Below are positions 11,015 through 25,233 of a stretch of 64,000 nucleotides of DNA, in pieces (position 1 is the stretch's first letter; every line of letters begins with the position of its first letter). The DNA comes from Octopus vulgaris (Eukaryota): assembly GCA_951406725.2 (NCBI GenBank), contig OX597829.1, positions 15,748,001 through 15,812,000 of the forward strand, in the 5' to 3' direction. The position numbers and the translations under genes are program-made. The notes beneath the pieces are model-generated. The model was not told the DNA's origin and searched no databases. It saw nothing but the letters and a program-made list of their open reading frames with translations.

Positions 11015-13452
11015 GGACTCTCCCGTCTGTTTCGACGTATCAGCAGGCTCCGACAACGTACTCTTTCTTTGTCAATCATAATGCTTATGTCAAATGTAAC
11101 ATTTAAGTCCCGCCAATGATTTTGGAAAGAAGCCACAGACGTTGCAGGTACGAAGATTAGGTCAGTGCAGGTATATAATATACATTTTCGGCCACTTTTC
11201 TCATTTCCCTTGCTCCCCGAACCTGGTAATGCTGGTTGTTCGTTCCAAGGCTGTTCAATGATGTTGTGAGCTACCTCCATTTCTAAAAGGTTCCTCTTCA
11301 GCTTGCCCTTATATCTGAGCCATGGTCGACCAAAATTCCTGTGCCCACTTTCAAGCTGGCTGTACATGAGGGCTTTGGGCATTCGTTACTCATTCTGACG
11401 ACATGACTAGACTAGCGCAATCGTGATTGTATAAGGAAGCTCTCAATTCCACCAATCTTAGACTTGCTAAACAAGACGGCATTAGAAACTTTTTCTTTTA
11501 GTGAATAACTGCAGATTGTCCTTAGACAGTCTTTGTGGAAGACTTCTAGTTGGTTAATGTGTCGTCAATAGGGTATCTACGATTCTGAGCCATACAAGAG
11601 AGTAGTAAGAATGGCAGCTTTATAAACCTGTCCTTTTGTGTCAAGTTTGATTCCCCTTTCATTCCATAGGCGACGACAGAATTTGCCAAATGTGTTGGTT
11701 GCCTATGCAAGGCGGTTGACGATTTCATCATCAAGGGAAGCGCTCAAATTCTCTTTACTACCAAGATATGTAAATGACTTCTATTAATCTAGGTTTTTCT
11801 CATGAATCTGAATGGTGGTGTAAGGAAAATTGTGAACCAGTGGCATCGGCTTGACACCTCGAATTTGTTGAGGAGTAGATCAAGGTTTGTGGATTACTTC
11901 CGTCTTCTTTATTCTGGTGGTCAAACCAAACGATTTATATACATCAGAAAACCGGTCTAGAAGTTCCTGAGATTCCTCTAAGGAAGTCGCTACTATTGCA
12001 GCATCATCTGCAAAAAGTAGATCACGAATGATACTGGCGCGTAGCAGTGTTCTGGCTTTGAATCGCTGATGACTGAATAGACCACCACTTGTTCAAAACT
12101 GGAATTTGACACCATTTTGTATGTCAGCAAAAGCATACCTTAGCATCACTGAAAAGTGCAAACAACCTTGGACATATATCATTTACGTGTTTGATAATCC
12201 TGTGAAGAATGAGTCGAGCAAGAATCTTACCAGCAATAGACAGAAGCGATATTCTACAATGGTTATCACAGACAATTCTGTTTCCTTTGTTCTTATAAAG
12301 ATGTTGAATTGAGACATCTTGAAGTCCTGTGAAACACAACCTCCCATTCAAATGTTTATGAAGGGGTCATGCAGTATCTTAAATAGCTTCTGTCCACCAT
12401 ATTTATAGATTTCAGGAGAGATAGCATCCCTGCCAGGTGCTTTTCGAGGTGAGGTCTGATTAATAGTTTACCACTTCCAGGAAGGTTGGTTCCACTGTGC
12501 TGTGAAATAGACATTATGTCATCATCATTAGTGACTGAGGCGGAATTCGAAGTGATCTTTCCATCGTTTCAGGATGTCAGATTCATCAGTCAACAGTGTC
12601 TCTCTATTCGATGAAAAAATAGGAGTAACGCAATGCTCTTGAGGACGATACACTTTCTTAAGGCCATCATTAAAAAGTTTTAGAATCCATTCTCTATGCA
12701 GCTTCTTGGAGCTCTGTAGCCCTGGAAGACCACCAAGTCTCCTTCATCTGTCTCAGAGCGCGATGGATCTGTCCTCTGCATTTCTTGTCGGCATTCTCTT
12801 TTCTGGATGAGCTCTTATCATTTGTCCATGGTTTGTGCATTTTATCTATTAATTCTTGGACATCTGTGTTGTTATCGCTGAACCAATTTTGATGTTTACG
12901 AACAGGAAGTCCAAGAACCTCTAGAGATGCGGAGTGCGTTGCATCATGCAGAGCCTTCAAGAATGATTCTATCTCATCATTGATACCAACAGTGTAAAGT
13001 GCAGTGTCCAACATGATAGAGAGCTCTGCCTGCTTTTCAACACTTTTCAAAGGCAAAAAGTTAATGCGCTTAAGTACTGATGACTTTCGTAGTCTTCACT
13101 GTTTCAGATGGAACGTAGCCTTACTACAGAGAAGAAACTGGTCAGAGAGATAGCAGATGGTATGAAAGGAACACGTGTAATGTCAAAGTCCCTAATATCT
13201 CGTTTCTTGGTAATAACATAGTCTATGAGACGCCAATCCTTAGATCTAAGATGTATCCAGGTCGCCTTGCAAAAGTTTTGCTGTTCAAAAAAGGTATTTG
13301 TGATGCTTAAACTGAATTCCCTGCGGAAGGAAAGCACAGGCAGACCACAGGAGTTCATTCGACCAACACTATGGCAACCAAGTATTCTCCCACGCCTGAT
13401 TGCCAGTACCAACACTAGCGTTAAAGTTGCCCACATGGATAAATTTATCCCA
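11015..13452 (-). mobile_element. Decayed RTE (BovB-like) LINE covering endonuclease end, RT and C-terminus
   Basis: 'LSITNTFF..ATWIHLRSKDWRLIDYVIT', 'NKGNRIVCDNHCRISLLSIAGKILARL', 'DLLFADD' and 'PKALMYSQLESGHRNFGRPWLRYK'. Many stops and frameshifts. Confidence 0.9.
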
Positions 13453-13472
13453 ATATATACATACATACATAC

Positions 13473-13568
<96 letters not shown>

Positions 13569-14563
13569 TGTCTGTGTCTGTGTCTGTGTCTGTGTCTGTG
13601 TCTGTCTGTGTGTCTGTCTGTGTGTGTCTGTGTGTGTCTGTGAGTGTCTATGTCTGTATATATACATATACATACGGATACACATATATGTATATGTATG
13701 TATTTACATATAGATATTACATATGCACATCAATGTATATATGTGTGTATACATACATATGTATATATGTACATGTATACACATATATATATACATATAT
13801 AAATACATATATATATACACATATATATACATATATATACATATAAATATATATATATGTACATATATATATACATATATATATACACATATATATATAT
13901 ACATAAAACACATAAACATATATATACACATATACATATATATATGTATAAATTCATATATATATGCATATATATATATATATATATAGACATATATATA
14001 TACAACTATACACATATATACATACTTATACATATATGCCTACGAATACATATATATACATATACCGAAACGCGGAGTACATGAAACAGGGACAACTGAT
14101 GAAGGGGAATATTCTTTATGTTGCAAGTTGTTCGAAAGATTGAGGGGGAAATCGGAAAAGAATGAATTTAATGAGCATTGAGTCCAATTAAAATGTAAGA
14201 CTTTCGAATCATTGAACATTTCCTTTTGCGATTTCCCCTCTCTATCTTTAGCTCTATTCTCCTCTTTGTCTATCTCTGCCTTCTTCGTTCTGATGACGTT
14301 TACCATTTGCAACGAGGTAAACACCTATTTACCTCAACATGGTACACAGAAGCAGCTGTAAACTCATTCTTACCCTCACCTTTCTTAATTAATTAAATAA
14401 TGGCTTTTTTGCACAACAGACATACTTCTATTTATTATTTTACCTCTATTTCCTTATCATCTAAATATATGTGTGTGTGTGTGTGTGTGTGTATAGATAG
14501 ATATATATACATATATGTATACAAATATATATACATACACACACACATATATATATATATGTA

Positions 14564-14609
<46 letters not shown>

Positions 14610-14734
14610 AACACATATAAATACATATACATATACATATGTACATTCATATATATACATACATATATACATATATACACATACATATATATATACACAC
14701 AGATACATATATATACACATAGATATATACACGT

Positions 14735-14785
<51 letters not shown>

Positions 14786-14969
14786 CGTGTGGATATATAC
14801 ATCTATATATACATATATATGCATATATATATACATGTATACATATATATGTATACATATATATATATATACATGTATACATATATATGTATACATAATA
14901 CATATATAGATATATATATACATATATATATACACACACACAGACACACACACGCACACGCACACACAG

Positions 14970-15046
<77 letters not shown>
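13453..15046. repeat. Long compound TA/TG/TC microsatellite blocks with a non-repetitive island at 14064-14465
   Basis: Seen directly. Confidence 0.9.
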
Positions 15047-15050
<4 letters not shown>

Positions 15051-15328
15051 TACCTGTTCTGATTGTTCCCTTGGGCAACTCGTTGACGCCACAGGTCACT
15101 GTTGGTTGCAGTTTTCTTTGCATCTCTGCATTTAATATTGGCCTTTCTCATATCGCTTATGAACGTTTTGTGCCATAGATGCACATAAACGTTACATCAA
15201 AGGCCATTAGGACATTTATTCAGCAGAAACACGTGTCGGAATGAAATGTAATGAGAATTTAATGAGAATAGTACTGTAATAAATAAGTTTTGAAGATGTA
15301 TAATTTTCCATTCTTTATGATGGCTTAA

Positions 15329-15381
<53 letters not shown>

Positions 15382-15577
15382 CATATGCTTCAGTACGGAG
15401 TGTTAGTGGATTATAAGGTTGTAATACGAAACTGGGATGACAAAGAAATATACACATATGTTATGAACCTCATTAGCTAACAGCTGTGTCTGTAATATGG
15501 TGCAATGCACTCGTAGCGGACCCTTTGAATGATGCCATTCTGATGGCTTAGGCTGACAAGCCGATGTAGGTATATTC

Positions 15578-15618
<41 letters not shown>

Positions 15619-15748
15619 TACAGATATAGGGTGAAAGATAATTAATTTAATAAAATCAACAAATTTCACCTAGTAGTATTTCGGTATGGAAAAGGACCAT
15701 ATTCGGTAAAAACTTATACAAAAAGTTTTTTTTTTTATATATAATTAT

Positions 15749-16025
<277 letters not shown>

Positions 16026-16032
16026 GTGATAT

Positions 16033-16200
16033 GTGACAATTATTCGGTAGCCATGATAAAACCCCAAGTTTCGGATGCCGGGGTGGAAATCCACGCCGCC
16101 ATCTCTTCAGTTATCCGGCCAACGAAAGAGATGGCGGAGTGGATTTCCACCCCGGCATCCGAAACTCGGAGTTTTATCATGGCTACCGAATAATTGTCAC
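16033..16200. mobile_element. Foldback mini-element (75-bp arms), likely an inverted PLE pseudo-LTR pair
   Basis: Arms 16033-16107 and 16126-16200 are near-perfect reverse complements. Flanked by (TG)n. Contains a hammerhead motif. Confidence 0.85.
16055..16115 (-). ncRNA. Type I hammerhead ribozyme motif
   Basis: Minus strand: GATAA-CTGAAGA-GATGGCGG...CCGGCATC-C-GAAAC-TTGGG-GTT-TTATC. Stem I GATAA/TTATC, canonical core, GUU site. Confidence 0.75.
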
Positions 16201-16316
16201 TTATTACATTTACACATAAATTCCTCTATTTACATAATACCGAGGTCTCTTTCATTCTTTTGTTGTCTTACCATATCTATCAAATATATATATAAAGGTA
16301 TATACATTACATATAT

Positions 16317-16398
<82 letters not shown>

Positions 16399-16739
16399 GT
16401 TGCAAAAAACATCACAAAGAGTCTGTGACTTGAAGTTTTGCGTCCCCGCGGACGGGAACGTGAAACTCTGAGTAGCAGTTTTTTTTTTAATGAAATAAAG
16501 CATATTTCTCTACATTCCATATTCGAGTAATATTTTCTTCCAACTTGTTTTGCATATATATAGATTTGTGTGTGTGTGTGTGTGGAAAAGCAATCTTCAT
16601 ATCGTACTTAACGATATATATTCATATATTATTATTCATTCTTTCTCTTCTTTTCCCTCCCTCTCTCTTCCTCTCTCTCTCTCTCTACCTCCCTCTCTCT
16701 CTCTCTCTCCATATTTCGCCTCGTTTGTTTTCGTCTTTG

Positions 16740-17810
16740 TCCTTCGTCCGCTCACTAATGCTCTCATCTTGAATCATATTTATTCATGCTTATATGTCCA
16801 TGTTCTATATTACATTTTTTTAATTTCTTGTTTGTTCACTTTCTGTTGTGTTTGGTCCTTTGTTTGTTACTCGCCATTTCCCGCCGGTTTCTTGCTGCCG
16901 GCGCCGCCAAAAGGGGATTAATATTAACGTTGAAAGCGCGAAAATGCGTTTGACACACTGGCCGATAACTAATGAGGATTTGGTAACCTTCAGTGTATGT
17001 TTCTCTGTTTGTTTTGGTATTTGTTATGCTTTGTAAATTATTTCTTAATGGAACGCCACTTACCCTTATTTTGTTTTCTATTATTACCCTTCATCTTCAT
17101 TTCTGGCCCTTTTGCTCCCTCTCTCTTTCTCTTTCCCTCCCTCTCTCTCTCTCTCTCTCTCTCTTCCACTTTCTCTCTCCCTCTCTCTCGCTCTCTATCT
17201 CTCTCTCTCTCTGCCTCCCCTTCCCTCTCTACATTTCTGTGCTGCTATCTATTCCTGACTATTGCCTTCCCTCACCGCTCCTTCTGTCTCTCTTCCCTCT
17301 ACCGCTTTTCTCCTTCCTATTACCACAACTACGTCTCCTGTCTTGCCCTAGGGCGAGAAGAAGACATAGGTGTGGTTAACGCCATGAGTTATTCTTCTGA
17401 CTTAATTATGTCTGTCCGTATGTCCACATTTCGTGGTGTTTATTTCCGTTTTTATCCTTCGTCCGTCTACTAATGGTCTCGTCATCAATCACATTTATTC
17501 ATCTTTGTATTCTTTTATTTTTTTTACTTGTCTCATTCATTTGACTGCAGCCATGCTGGATCACCGTCAGCTTTCTGTATTGCATATCTATTTATTTATT
17601 TATTTGTTTATTTGTTCACTTTCTGTCATGTTTAGGCCCTTGTTCTTTGGCTCGCCATTTCTCAGCGGCTTCTTGCCGCCGAGGCCACCAGAGGAGAACC
17701 ATCATCATCGTTCAAGGCGTGAAATTGTGTTTGACCCTTTGGCTGATAACTAATGGGGAGTTGGTGCCCTTCTATGCCTGGTTTTCGTTTGTTCGTGCAT
17801 TTATTGTATG
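16740..17810 (+). repeat. Two diverged ~300-bp direct repeats (16740-17050, 17455-17810); third copy inverted at ~36470-36870
   Basis: Shared blocks tcgtccg..actaatg, ttgttcactttctgt, ctcgccattt, gcg.gaaa.tg.gtttgac and gataactaatg.gga. Confidence 0.75.
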
Positions 17811-17817
17811 TTTTTTT

Positions 17818-17866
<49 letters not shown>

Positions 17867-18044
17867 TCTGTTTTCGATTGTTTGTGCATTTATCATATTT
17901 TTAACTTCATATATATATACACTCACACGCACCTATATATACTTATATAGATATACATATATATATATAAACACACACATATATTTGCACGTATATATAT
18001 GTATATATATATACGCACACACACATATGTGTATGTGTAAGTGC

Positions 18045-18260
18045 GTGTGTGTCTTTGTGTCTATGTTTGTCATCCCATCACCGCTTGACAACCGGTGTTG
18101 GTAAGTTTAGTCCCCGTAACTTAGCGGTTCGGTGATAGAATAAGTACTAGGCTTAAGTAATAAGCTCTAGTATCGATTTGTTCAACTAAAACCTTTCAAG
18201 GTGGTGCTCCAACAATGGGCTGCAATCAACAGACAAGTAAAAGAGTAAAAGAATAAAAGA
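18045..18260 (+). mobile_element. SINE family B, 3' half
   Basis: cgcttgacaaccg...ccccgtaacttagcggttcgg...aagtaaaagagtaaaagaataaaagaat. Confidence 0.85.
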
Positions 18261-19063
18261 ATATATATACATGTATATTTGTATGTCATTAATCAGTTTT
18301 ATTTGCAGATTTCTTTCCAACAGAGAAAGAGCCAGTTTCTAACCTACATCCAAGGCTCCTTCATTGGAATTTCAACATCAACAACAGGGTATTTTTGCAT
18401 GTGTGTATACGTACATATACGTATACAACAAAATAAACAAATCTGTATATATATATATATATATAAACAAAACGTAACAGGCAGCAACAAAACATTCGGA
18501 CAGTTAGACGATGCATAAAAAAAAGGACAGGAAAAAACAAGGATGAGTCATTCGGATCTTTCAATCTTTAGTCGAGTACCAGATCGTCTTTGCTGTTTCG
18601 GCCGGTTACTCTCGAGACTGCTCTAACGTGGCCGGCCCCAAGAAAATCTAAGCTAAGACTACTAGATTCTTTGGATGAAAGCAGGCGAATGTATACGAGA
18701 ACAAGGACGAAAAAAAACCGGAAAAATGGTGCACAATTACAAATACAAACAACAGGACATTAACAACAGGTGTATGTATGTATGTATGCATTTATGTATG
18801 TATGTATGCATTTATGTATGTATGTATGTACGTATGTATTTATGTATGTATTTATGTATGTATGTATGTATGTATGTATGTATGTATGTATGTATGTATG
18901 TATGTATGTATGTGTGCAGATTTCTACGTTTTGTTTTATGTATATCTTCTCGTGTATACACTTGCACATCTAGACTTCCGGAAAGTTTTACGGATTTTTA
19001 CAGTTCCAGTGATGGGTTGGATCTGTAGTCTTTGAATCAGCTTTCTCAAGATTGGTATTTAGG

Positions 19064-19300
19064 CACACACACACACACAACACGCACACACACACACGCA
19101 CACACGCACACGCACACACACACAGAAGTGCACACGATACTACATACATACAAATATATAAGTTCAGGTTTATACCTGTAATTTTTGGCGCACTGAAATA
19201 TAAACCTGAACTTATATATTTGTATGTATGTATGTAGGATCGTGTGCACTTCTCTGTGTGTGTGCGTATGTGTGTGTGCGTGTTGTGTGTGTGTGTGTGT
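19064..19300. repeat. Foldback whose arms include the flanking (CA)n/(TG)n tracts
   Basis: agaagtgcacacgat.ctacatacatacaaatatataagttcaggtttata is mirrored from 19199, with a 24-nt spacer. Confidence 0.9.
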
Positions 19301-19329
19301 GTGTGAGTGTGTGTGTGTGTGAGTGTATG

Positions 19330-19361
<32 letters not shown>

Positions 19362-19605
19362 CATGCGCGCGTGTGTGTGTGTGTGTGTGCTTGTACATTT
19401 ATATTATTTCAAGAGTTTCATTCGTCACACTGCAGCTATGCTTGGACACCACCTCCGAAATTATAGTTGACAATATGTGCTGCAGGAATTATCTCAAGCT
19501 GTTACTTGTATAATAGAAACCTTTGTGTCGAACCGCTAAGTTACGGCATAAAATCAAATAATCTATAACCAGCAGTATTGAAACGAAACTACTAAACACA
19601 CACTG

Positions 19606-19651
<46 letters not shown>

Positions 19652-19806
19652 TTACACTTAGGATTATTGTCAGAGCTACAGTTGAAGATAATTACCTCAG
19701 ACGTAGCCCAGTCGGATCTAATGCAGAGGTACGTCATGCTAAGTTACACTTAAATACACAGTCAAGGTTGCACCTCTTTATACACACGTACGTATATATA
19801 TATATT

Positions 19807-19891
<85 letters not shown>

Positions 19892-19892
<1 letters not shown>

Positions 19893-20811
19893 GTCTATGT
19901 TTTCGTTTCTCATTGTGTTCGACGTTTTTTTGGTGCCCTGTACTCATATATGCGTGTATATATACATGCAGAGGTAGGTACGTACATATATGTATATATA
20001 CATGCATATGTTTTATTTATTAATATATTATATGACGGAACGCACGCATCCCTTTCTAAGATTGTTCTTGATATTAATTTTTATGCGCACTCTTAACCTT
20101 TCTGTCCCCTAACTTTCTCTGCCTTCATTCTTTGATTTCCTTTTCTTCTACTTAACTGTCTCTCCATCTCTCACATTCTTCATTCTTTCTGGTTTCCTCA
20201 CAACCATTCCCCTTTCTTCTCTCCCTTTCTCTTACTCCTCCTCCTTCTTCCCGCCGTTAACCCGCGACGAGAGCCTTGCCACCTTCTTTCTCGCCTGACC
20301 TTCTTGAGGGGTGGACGGCAATTTTCTTTGCTCCCTTCGCCGTTCACAGAAATAGCGTTCGTAATACTTTTTTTCGTTCGGCTTAACAGCCCTTCTTGTC
20401 TTGTTATTTTCCTTGTCCTGTCTTTTACTGCTTATATTTTGTTCTGTCGTTACTGTCCTATTTTTGTTACCATTTTTATCCCTCTGCAAAAAGATCTCAA
20501 ATTTTATTTGATTTGCTTTTCGCAGGAAGGAAAGTTTGTATCGAAGATACGTCTCGCCTTCACCTTCGAAACGTAGAGTAGATGAAACCATGGCAACTGA
20601 AGAAGGGGCTTTTTTCTTGTGTTATTTGTCCTGTACTCTATTTTTTTGTTGTTTAAGAAAAATGTCCAGTTCCTTAGGTTTGTGTCTATGTTTTCGTTTC
20701 TCATTGTGTTCGACGTTTTTTTTGTGTCCTGTACTCATATGCGTGTATATATACATGTAGAGGTAGGTACGTACATATATGTATATATATATGCATATGT
20801 TTTATCTATTA

Positions 20812-20821
<10 letters not shown>
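19892..20821 (+). mobile_element. Element with ~140-bp direct terminal repeats between (TA)n tracts, PLE pseudo-LTR-like
   Basis: tgtctatgttttcgtttctcattgtgttcgacg...gaggtaggtacgtacat...attaatatattata occurs at 19892-20031 and 20683-20821. Confidence 0.6.
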
Positions 20822-20852
<31 letters not shown>

Positions 20853-21610
20853 TACATATACATACACCCACACACAATATAAACATACACGCACACGCAC
20901 ATACACATACGCATACACATATAGACGCACATTCACACAAACATGCGCACACACGCACACGAATGCACACATACCTAACACTCACAACCCCACGCATATA
21001 CGTTTACACACCCGCATACACACACACACATATACACACGTACACATACACACAACTGCACGCACATACACATAAACACGCACACGCATACAGGCACAAA
21101 AAATCGCACATACTCCTCCCCACACAACCCCTCGGTCACACACATATGCACACACACACATACACACGCATGCATACATACACACACACAAAATACACAC
21201 GCACATACATATACGCACATGTACACATGCACATACACTCATACGCACACACATATATACACACGCACACATATACACACACGCACACACAAATGAAACC
21301 ACACATACATCCCATACACACACAACACACACTCATACATACACCATACACACACAATACACACTTATACATACACGCACACAATTATACATACATGGAC
21401 ACACACACGCACACACACGTGTTATCATTACACACACACACAGATCTGCGCGCACGCACATACCCACACATACCTCCTTCTCTTGCACTCTCCTGTCTTA
21501 GAAAGAACTTTTCTTCACCCATTCCCTTCCGGTCACTTCAATATGTGGCCGCGTGTGTATCGTTGACGATTTTCTTTTTCCATTTCTGCCCATCTTTGGA
21601 ATTTTTCCAT

Positions 21611-21645
21611 ATTTCTGACGAAGAGCCCCGCTCAAAACGTGAAGT
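21611..21645 (+). ncRNA. Minimal hammerhead motif (degenerate: G12A, GUG site) in a repeat shared with 30782-31365
   Basis: ATTT-CTGACGA-A-GAGC-CCC-GCTC-AAAAC-GTG-AAGT. Confidence 0.65.
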
Positions 21646-21999
21646 CCTCTTTCTTTTCTTCCCTTTCCTGTGTGTGTGTGCGCGCGCAAAAATACTTTGT
21701 TGATGTTGTACTTGAATACCGTAAATATCATGAGGTAAGTGCGTTTAGTGACCTTCCGATTTAAATTTTGACTCTATTTCTAGCAATCTCATTTTGCACT
21801 CTCATTTATTAATTCCTTTCTATTTTGCACTCTCATTTATTAATTCCTTTCTTGGTTTTAACTGCTAACGAGCCACCTGTATCATAATGTATTTAATACA
21901 TCTTAATATATTAAGATATCATTATAATGTCTTATTGTATTGATATATATATATATATATATAGGTTAACTAGTATAAGTACACTTGCTTGGCAGCAGG

Positions 22000-22395
22000 A
22001 CGCTCAGTAAGACCACTAGGGTGAGGGGGCCCTAGCTGTTCTCGCAGTATACTTCTAGAAGGACACCCTGACGTGGATCAGTGGTTTCAAGTGATAACCT
22101 TGCTTCGGACTATCACTACATGCTAATCAGAGACAGCTAATTCATACATTTTACCATACCACCTACTACAAGACCTTTGGTTTAAAAAACATTTAGTGAC
22201 GTATGCAGACGTAAGCTGTTGGAAGCACAAAGTAATTTACATCTTTCGTCTGTCACTTATGTTCGAAGGCATATAGCTCTACAATGGGACTGAATAGTCA
22301 TGTGAAAGGTCATGGAAGGAAAGTTAGAGAAACTACTGGCAATGAAGAAGCATGAGGTGACTGCAACTATCTGTGAAGATGGAGCAATCACCATG
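22000..22395 (+). mobile_element. RTE LINE 3'-end fragment
   Basis: Decayed C-terminal zinc-finger-like 'YSSTMGLNSH' and tail gcaactatctgtgaagatggagcaatc. Confidence 0.5.
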
Positions 22396-22414
22396 TGTGC
22401 TTTAATACACACAC

Positions 22415-22482
<68 letters not shown>

Positions 22483-22559
22483 ATGTAGGTGCATAAAGAG
22501 AGTAGAGTAGAGTAATATTTCCAATAATATAAACACGGTGAAAATATGGCTCATAAAAT

Positions 22560-22910
22560 GGAATTAGTGTTAGATTAGAATTCCGAGGTAATCGCAGAGC
22601 ACATGCTATGTTTAAAGACTACAAAGAGAATTTTGCCTTGAATCCTAAATGTAAATTAATTAGTCCTGCAAAGATAGAAACATGATTAATTAGCAAGAAT
22701 ATCTTAATAAGAATTCATAATAATATTAGGAAGGCAACCAGATTCCAGAAATGTAATAGTAGGAGCATAGTAATTAGTGTGTTCATTAGTATTAATAATA
22801 AACACTACTTTAAGTTTCACTCAGTTTCACATTGACGATTTTAACATTCCATTTCTGTCTCTGCTCATTAAATTCCAAAAACGTCACCAGAGCGCTTAAT
22901 GATATCAACG
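22560..22910 (+). mobile_element. Penelope-like element reverse transcriptase fragment
   Basis: 'FKDYKENFALNPKCKLISPAK...ISKNILIRI...IRKAT...INNK...FTQFHIDDF' resembles the PLE RT pattern LKDHKENF..NPKCRLINPAK...F.QFDI.DFYPSI. Confidence 0.8.
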
Positions 22911-23070
22911 ACAATAACGCAAGTGTCATTGTGCACATGCGAAATCCTCAGCCCTCCAGTAATAACGGGGCTGATTCATAGACACAGATCCCACAGGTTC
23001 GTACATCGCTAGCACGGGATGTTTGATAGCCAATACGAATTTGCCGGCTTTATATATGTATATATATATA

Positions 23071-23119
<49 letters not shown>

Positions 23120-23248
23120 ATAAATTAGAGACAAAACCACTATTATGTATTTCAAACAATGATAGGCGTAAATCACACCATATAGAAGAAATAAAATATA
23201 TAAAACATTTATCTAGATCACAATAAAGTACAGAATAATAAATAAACA

Positions 23249-23332
<84 letters not shown>

Positions 23333-23389
23333 CTATATATATATATTTGTTTTGCAAGATTTTTGATGTGAAATCGTGTGTTGAAACAG

Positions 23390-23589
23390 ATATTGTTGTA
23401 TTTAGGAATGGTCATTTTGCCAGTTTAGCCAATAAAAACACACGCACTATATATTTGGTGTTACTCTGACCGAAATAAGATTAAGTTTAATGTAAAAAAT
23501 AAACGCTGAAGCAAAGTAACAGCAAATATATAGTGCGTGTGTTTTTATTGGCTAAACTGGCAAATAACCATTCCAAAATACAACAATAT
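23390..23589. repeat. Foldback element (~75-bp arms) with one-sided extension, between (TA)n tracts
   Basis: Arms 23390-23465 and 23515-23589: atattgttgtattt.ggaatggt...gccagtttagccaataaaaacacacgcactatatatttg.tgttact. Confidence 0.95.
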
Positions 23590-23637
23590 ATATATATACG
23601 AAAGAAGGTTTGAAAATGCAATTTAAAAGATGTTTAT

Positions 23638-23682
23638 TTACTTTACCGGTTTCACTCTTTGGAAAAAGATTGTCAAAAGTAA
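23638..23682 (-). ncRNA. Minimal type I hammerhead motif with U3:A8 core
   Basis: Minus strand: TTACTT-TTGACAA-TCTTT-TTCC-AAAGA-GT-GAAAC-CG-GTA-AAGTAA. Confidence 0.7.
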
Positions 23683-24166
23683 CATGTAGAAGTTTGGTTG
23701 CGTTAATTATTGGTTGTTGCAAATTGCTACATTACATGTATACAGTCTTTGGTAACAGGGACATGTTAAGGACATAAAAAAGTTCAGCAAGTTCCTTAAA
23801 ATATTGGGCACAAAAGATTACTACATAAATAATCGTTCTCAAGGACATACTTAAGATAGTTTCCAGAAGGAATTGATATTGGTATTGTATCTGTATATTC
23901 AAACATGCACAGAATAATGGTTGACACAGAGTACTATAATCCATATAAATATACATTCTCTGGTGACATAAGTATGTTGAGAATATAAAAATTTAAGTCA
24001 CAGCGTATGGATTCAAGTAATCCGGTACTACTCATAAAAAAATTTAAAAAGTGTATCAATCAACAAAACATGGAGAATATATAGTACAATACAAGAGAAA
24101 ACAGTAAAGAGTGTATCAAGTCATAAATGACACAGAAATAGTTTGATGAAATTTTATTTAACAAAA

Positions 24167-24397
24167 GGTGACGAGCTGGTAGAATCGTTAACACGCCGGG
24201 CGAAACGCTTAGCGGTATTTCGTCTGCCGCTACGTTCTGAGTTCAAATTCCGCCGAGGTCGACTTTGCCTTTCATCCTTTCGGGGTCGATTAAATAAGTG
24301 CCAGTTACGCACTAGGGTCGATGTAATCGACTTAATCCCTTTGTCTGTCCTTGTTTGTCCCCTCTGTGTTTAGCCCCTTGTGGGTAGTAAAGAGATA
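24167..24397 (+). mobile_element. SINE family A, full length
   Basis: Family match. 17-bp TSD gaaattttatttaacaa at 24148-24164 and 24398-24414. Confidence 0.95.
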
Positions 24398-24729
24398 GAA
24401 ATTTTATTTAACAATGAGATAATTCTAATTCTTGTAACTTAAAAACGTGAGGACGAAGCTTAAATTCTGCATTATTTTGAAGAATATTTTGCATTTTGCA
24501 TTAATGCAAGCATGAAAGTCATTTATCCATTATTAAATATAATAATATAAATTATTTACATGTTTTTTAGTTACGAAACAACTTGTGAAATTCGAATTTT
24601 CTTATTGTTAAACAACATTTAATGAAATTATTTCTGTAGTTTGTGACCTTGTGTGTGTGCATGCGCGTGCGCACGTATGTGTATAACTATTACATTTGGA
24701 ACTTGAGAAAAGTATTGCGTACTTTAACT

Positions 24730-25130
24730 GTTCCACTTACATATTGTAGTTGTAATATGCAAATCGGTTGATTTCCTTCCTTTTTTGTCTGAAAATCCAA
24801 GCTTATCCAGAATGTCTGGCCTGTTTAAATGACAATGTTCCACCAGTATTTCTTGTGCTGGAATTTGCGTACGTATTTAATAACAGGGAGATTCTCTATA
24901 TTCATCCCAAGAGAATCTTCTTTCCCAATGGCATTGTACATTGTTTTTGTGAAAACGTCATGTCGCAAAAGGAGATAGTACGTTGATGATATTTTGAGGC
25001 TACTGCTAACTACATGTGTGATGTCTTCCACAGAAATATGGAATAGATAATGTATACTGGTATACATTTCCGGTTGCATCTTGGAAATCTTTACTGTATC
25101 TTTTACTAATTTGGTATTTAGTAACAATTT
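24730..25130 (-). mobile_element. RLE-type (Dong/R4/R2-like) retrotransposon C-terminal fragment
   Basis: 'EDITHVVSSSLKISSTYYLLLRHD...KYWWNIVI' (decayed zinc-knuckle/RHD region). Confidence 0.7.
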
Positions 25131-25233
25131 CCTGTTTTTCAGTTACAAATGCGTAGCCTTCGGAGTATGATGTGATGTAGCAGTCACGAGTCCAAGAGCG
25201 GTTTCGCTTCATGTCAATATTACTGCCTTCTAA

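Noticed and set aside
10241-15178. Many YI/CV/TH-rich ORFs here and throughout the window
   Set aside because: Dinucleotide microsatellites lack stop codons, so these are not proteins.
15660-15720. Minus strand CCGAATA...CGAAATAC motif
   Set aside because: 3:8 mismatch and no NUH with stem III.
16420-16478. Stem II plus GAAACTCTGAGTA (also at 31803-31836)
   Set aside because: The 3' half looks hammerhead-like and is repeated, but no canonical 7-nt core precedes it. The CCGACGA at 31804 is probably a stem II loop.
18300-18660. Two GAAAC-containing hairpins on the minus strand
   Set aside because: No CUGANGA or compensated core in register, and alternative pairings engulf the GAAAC.
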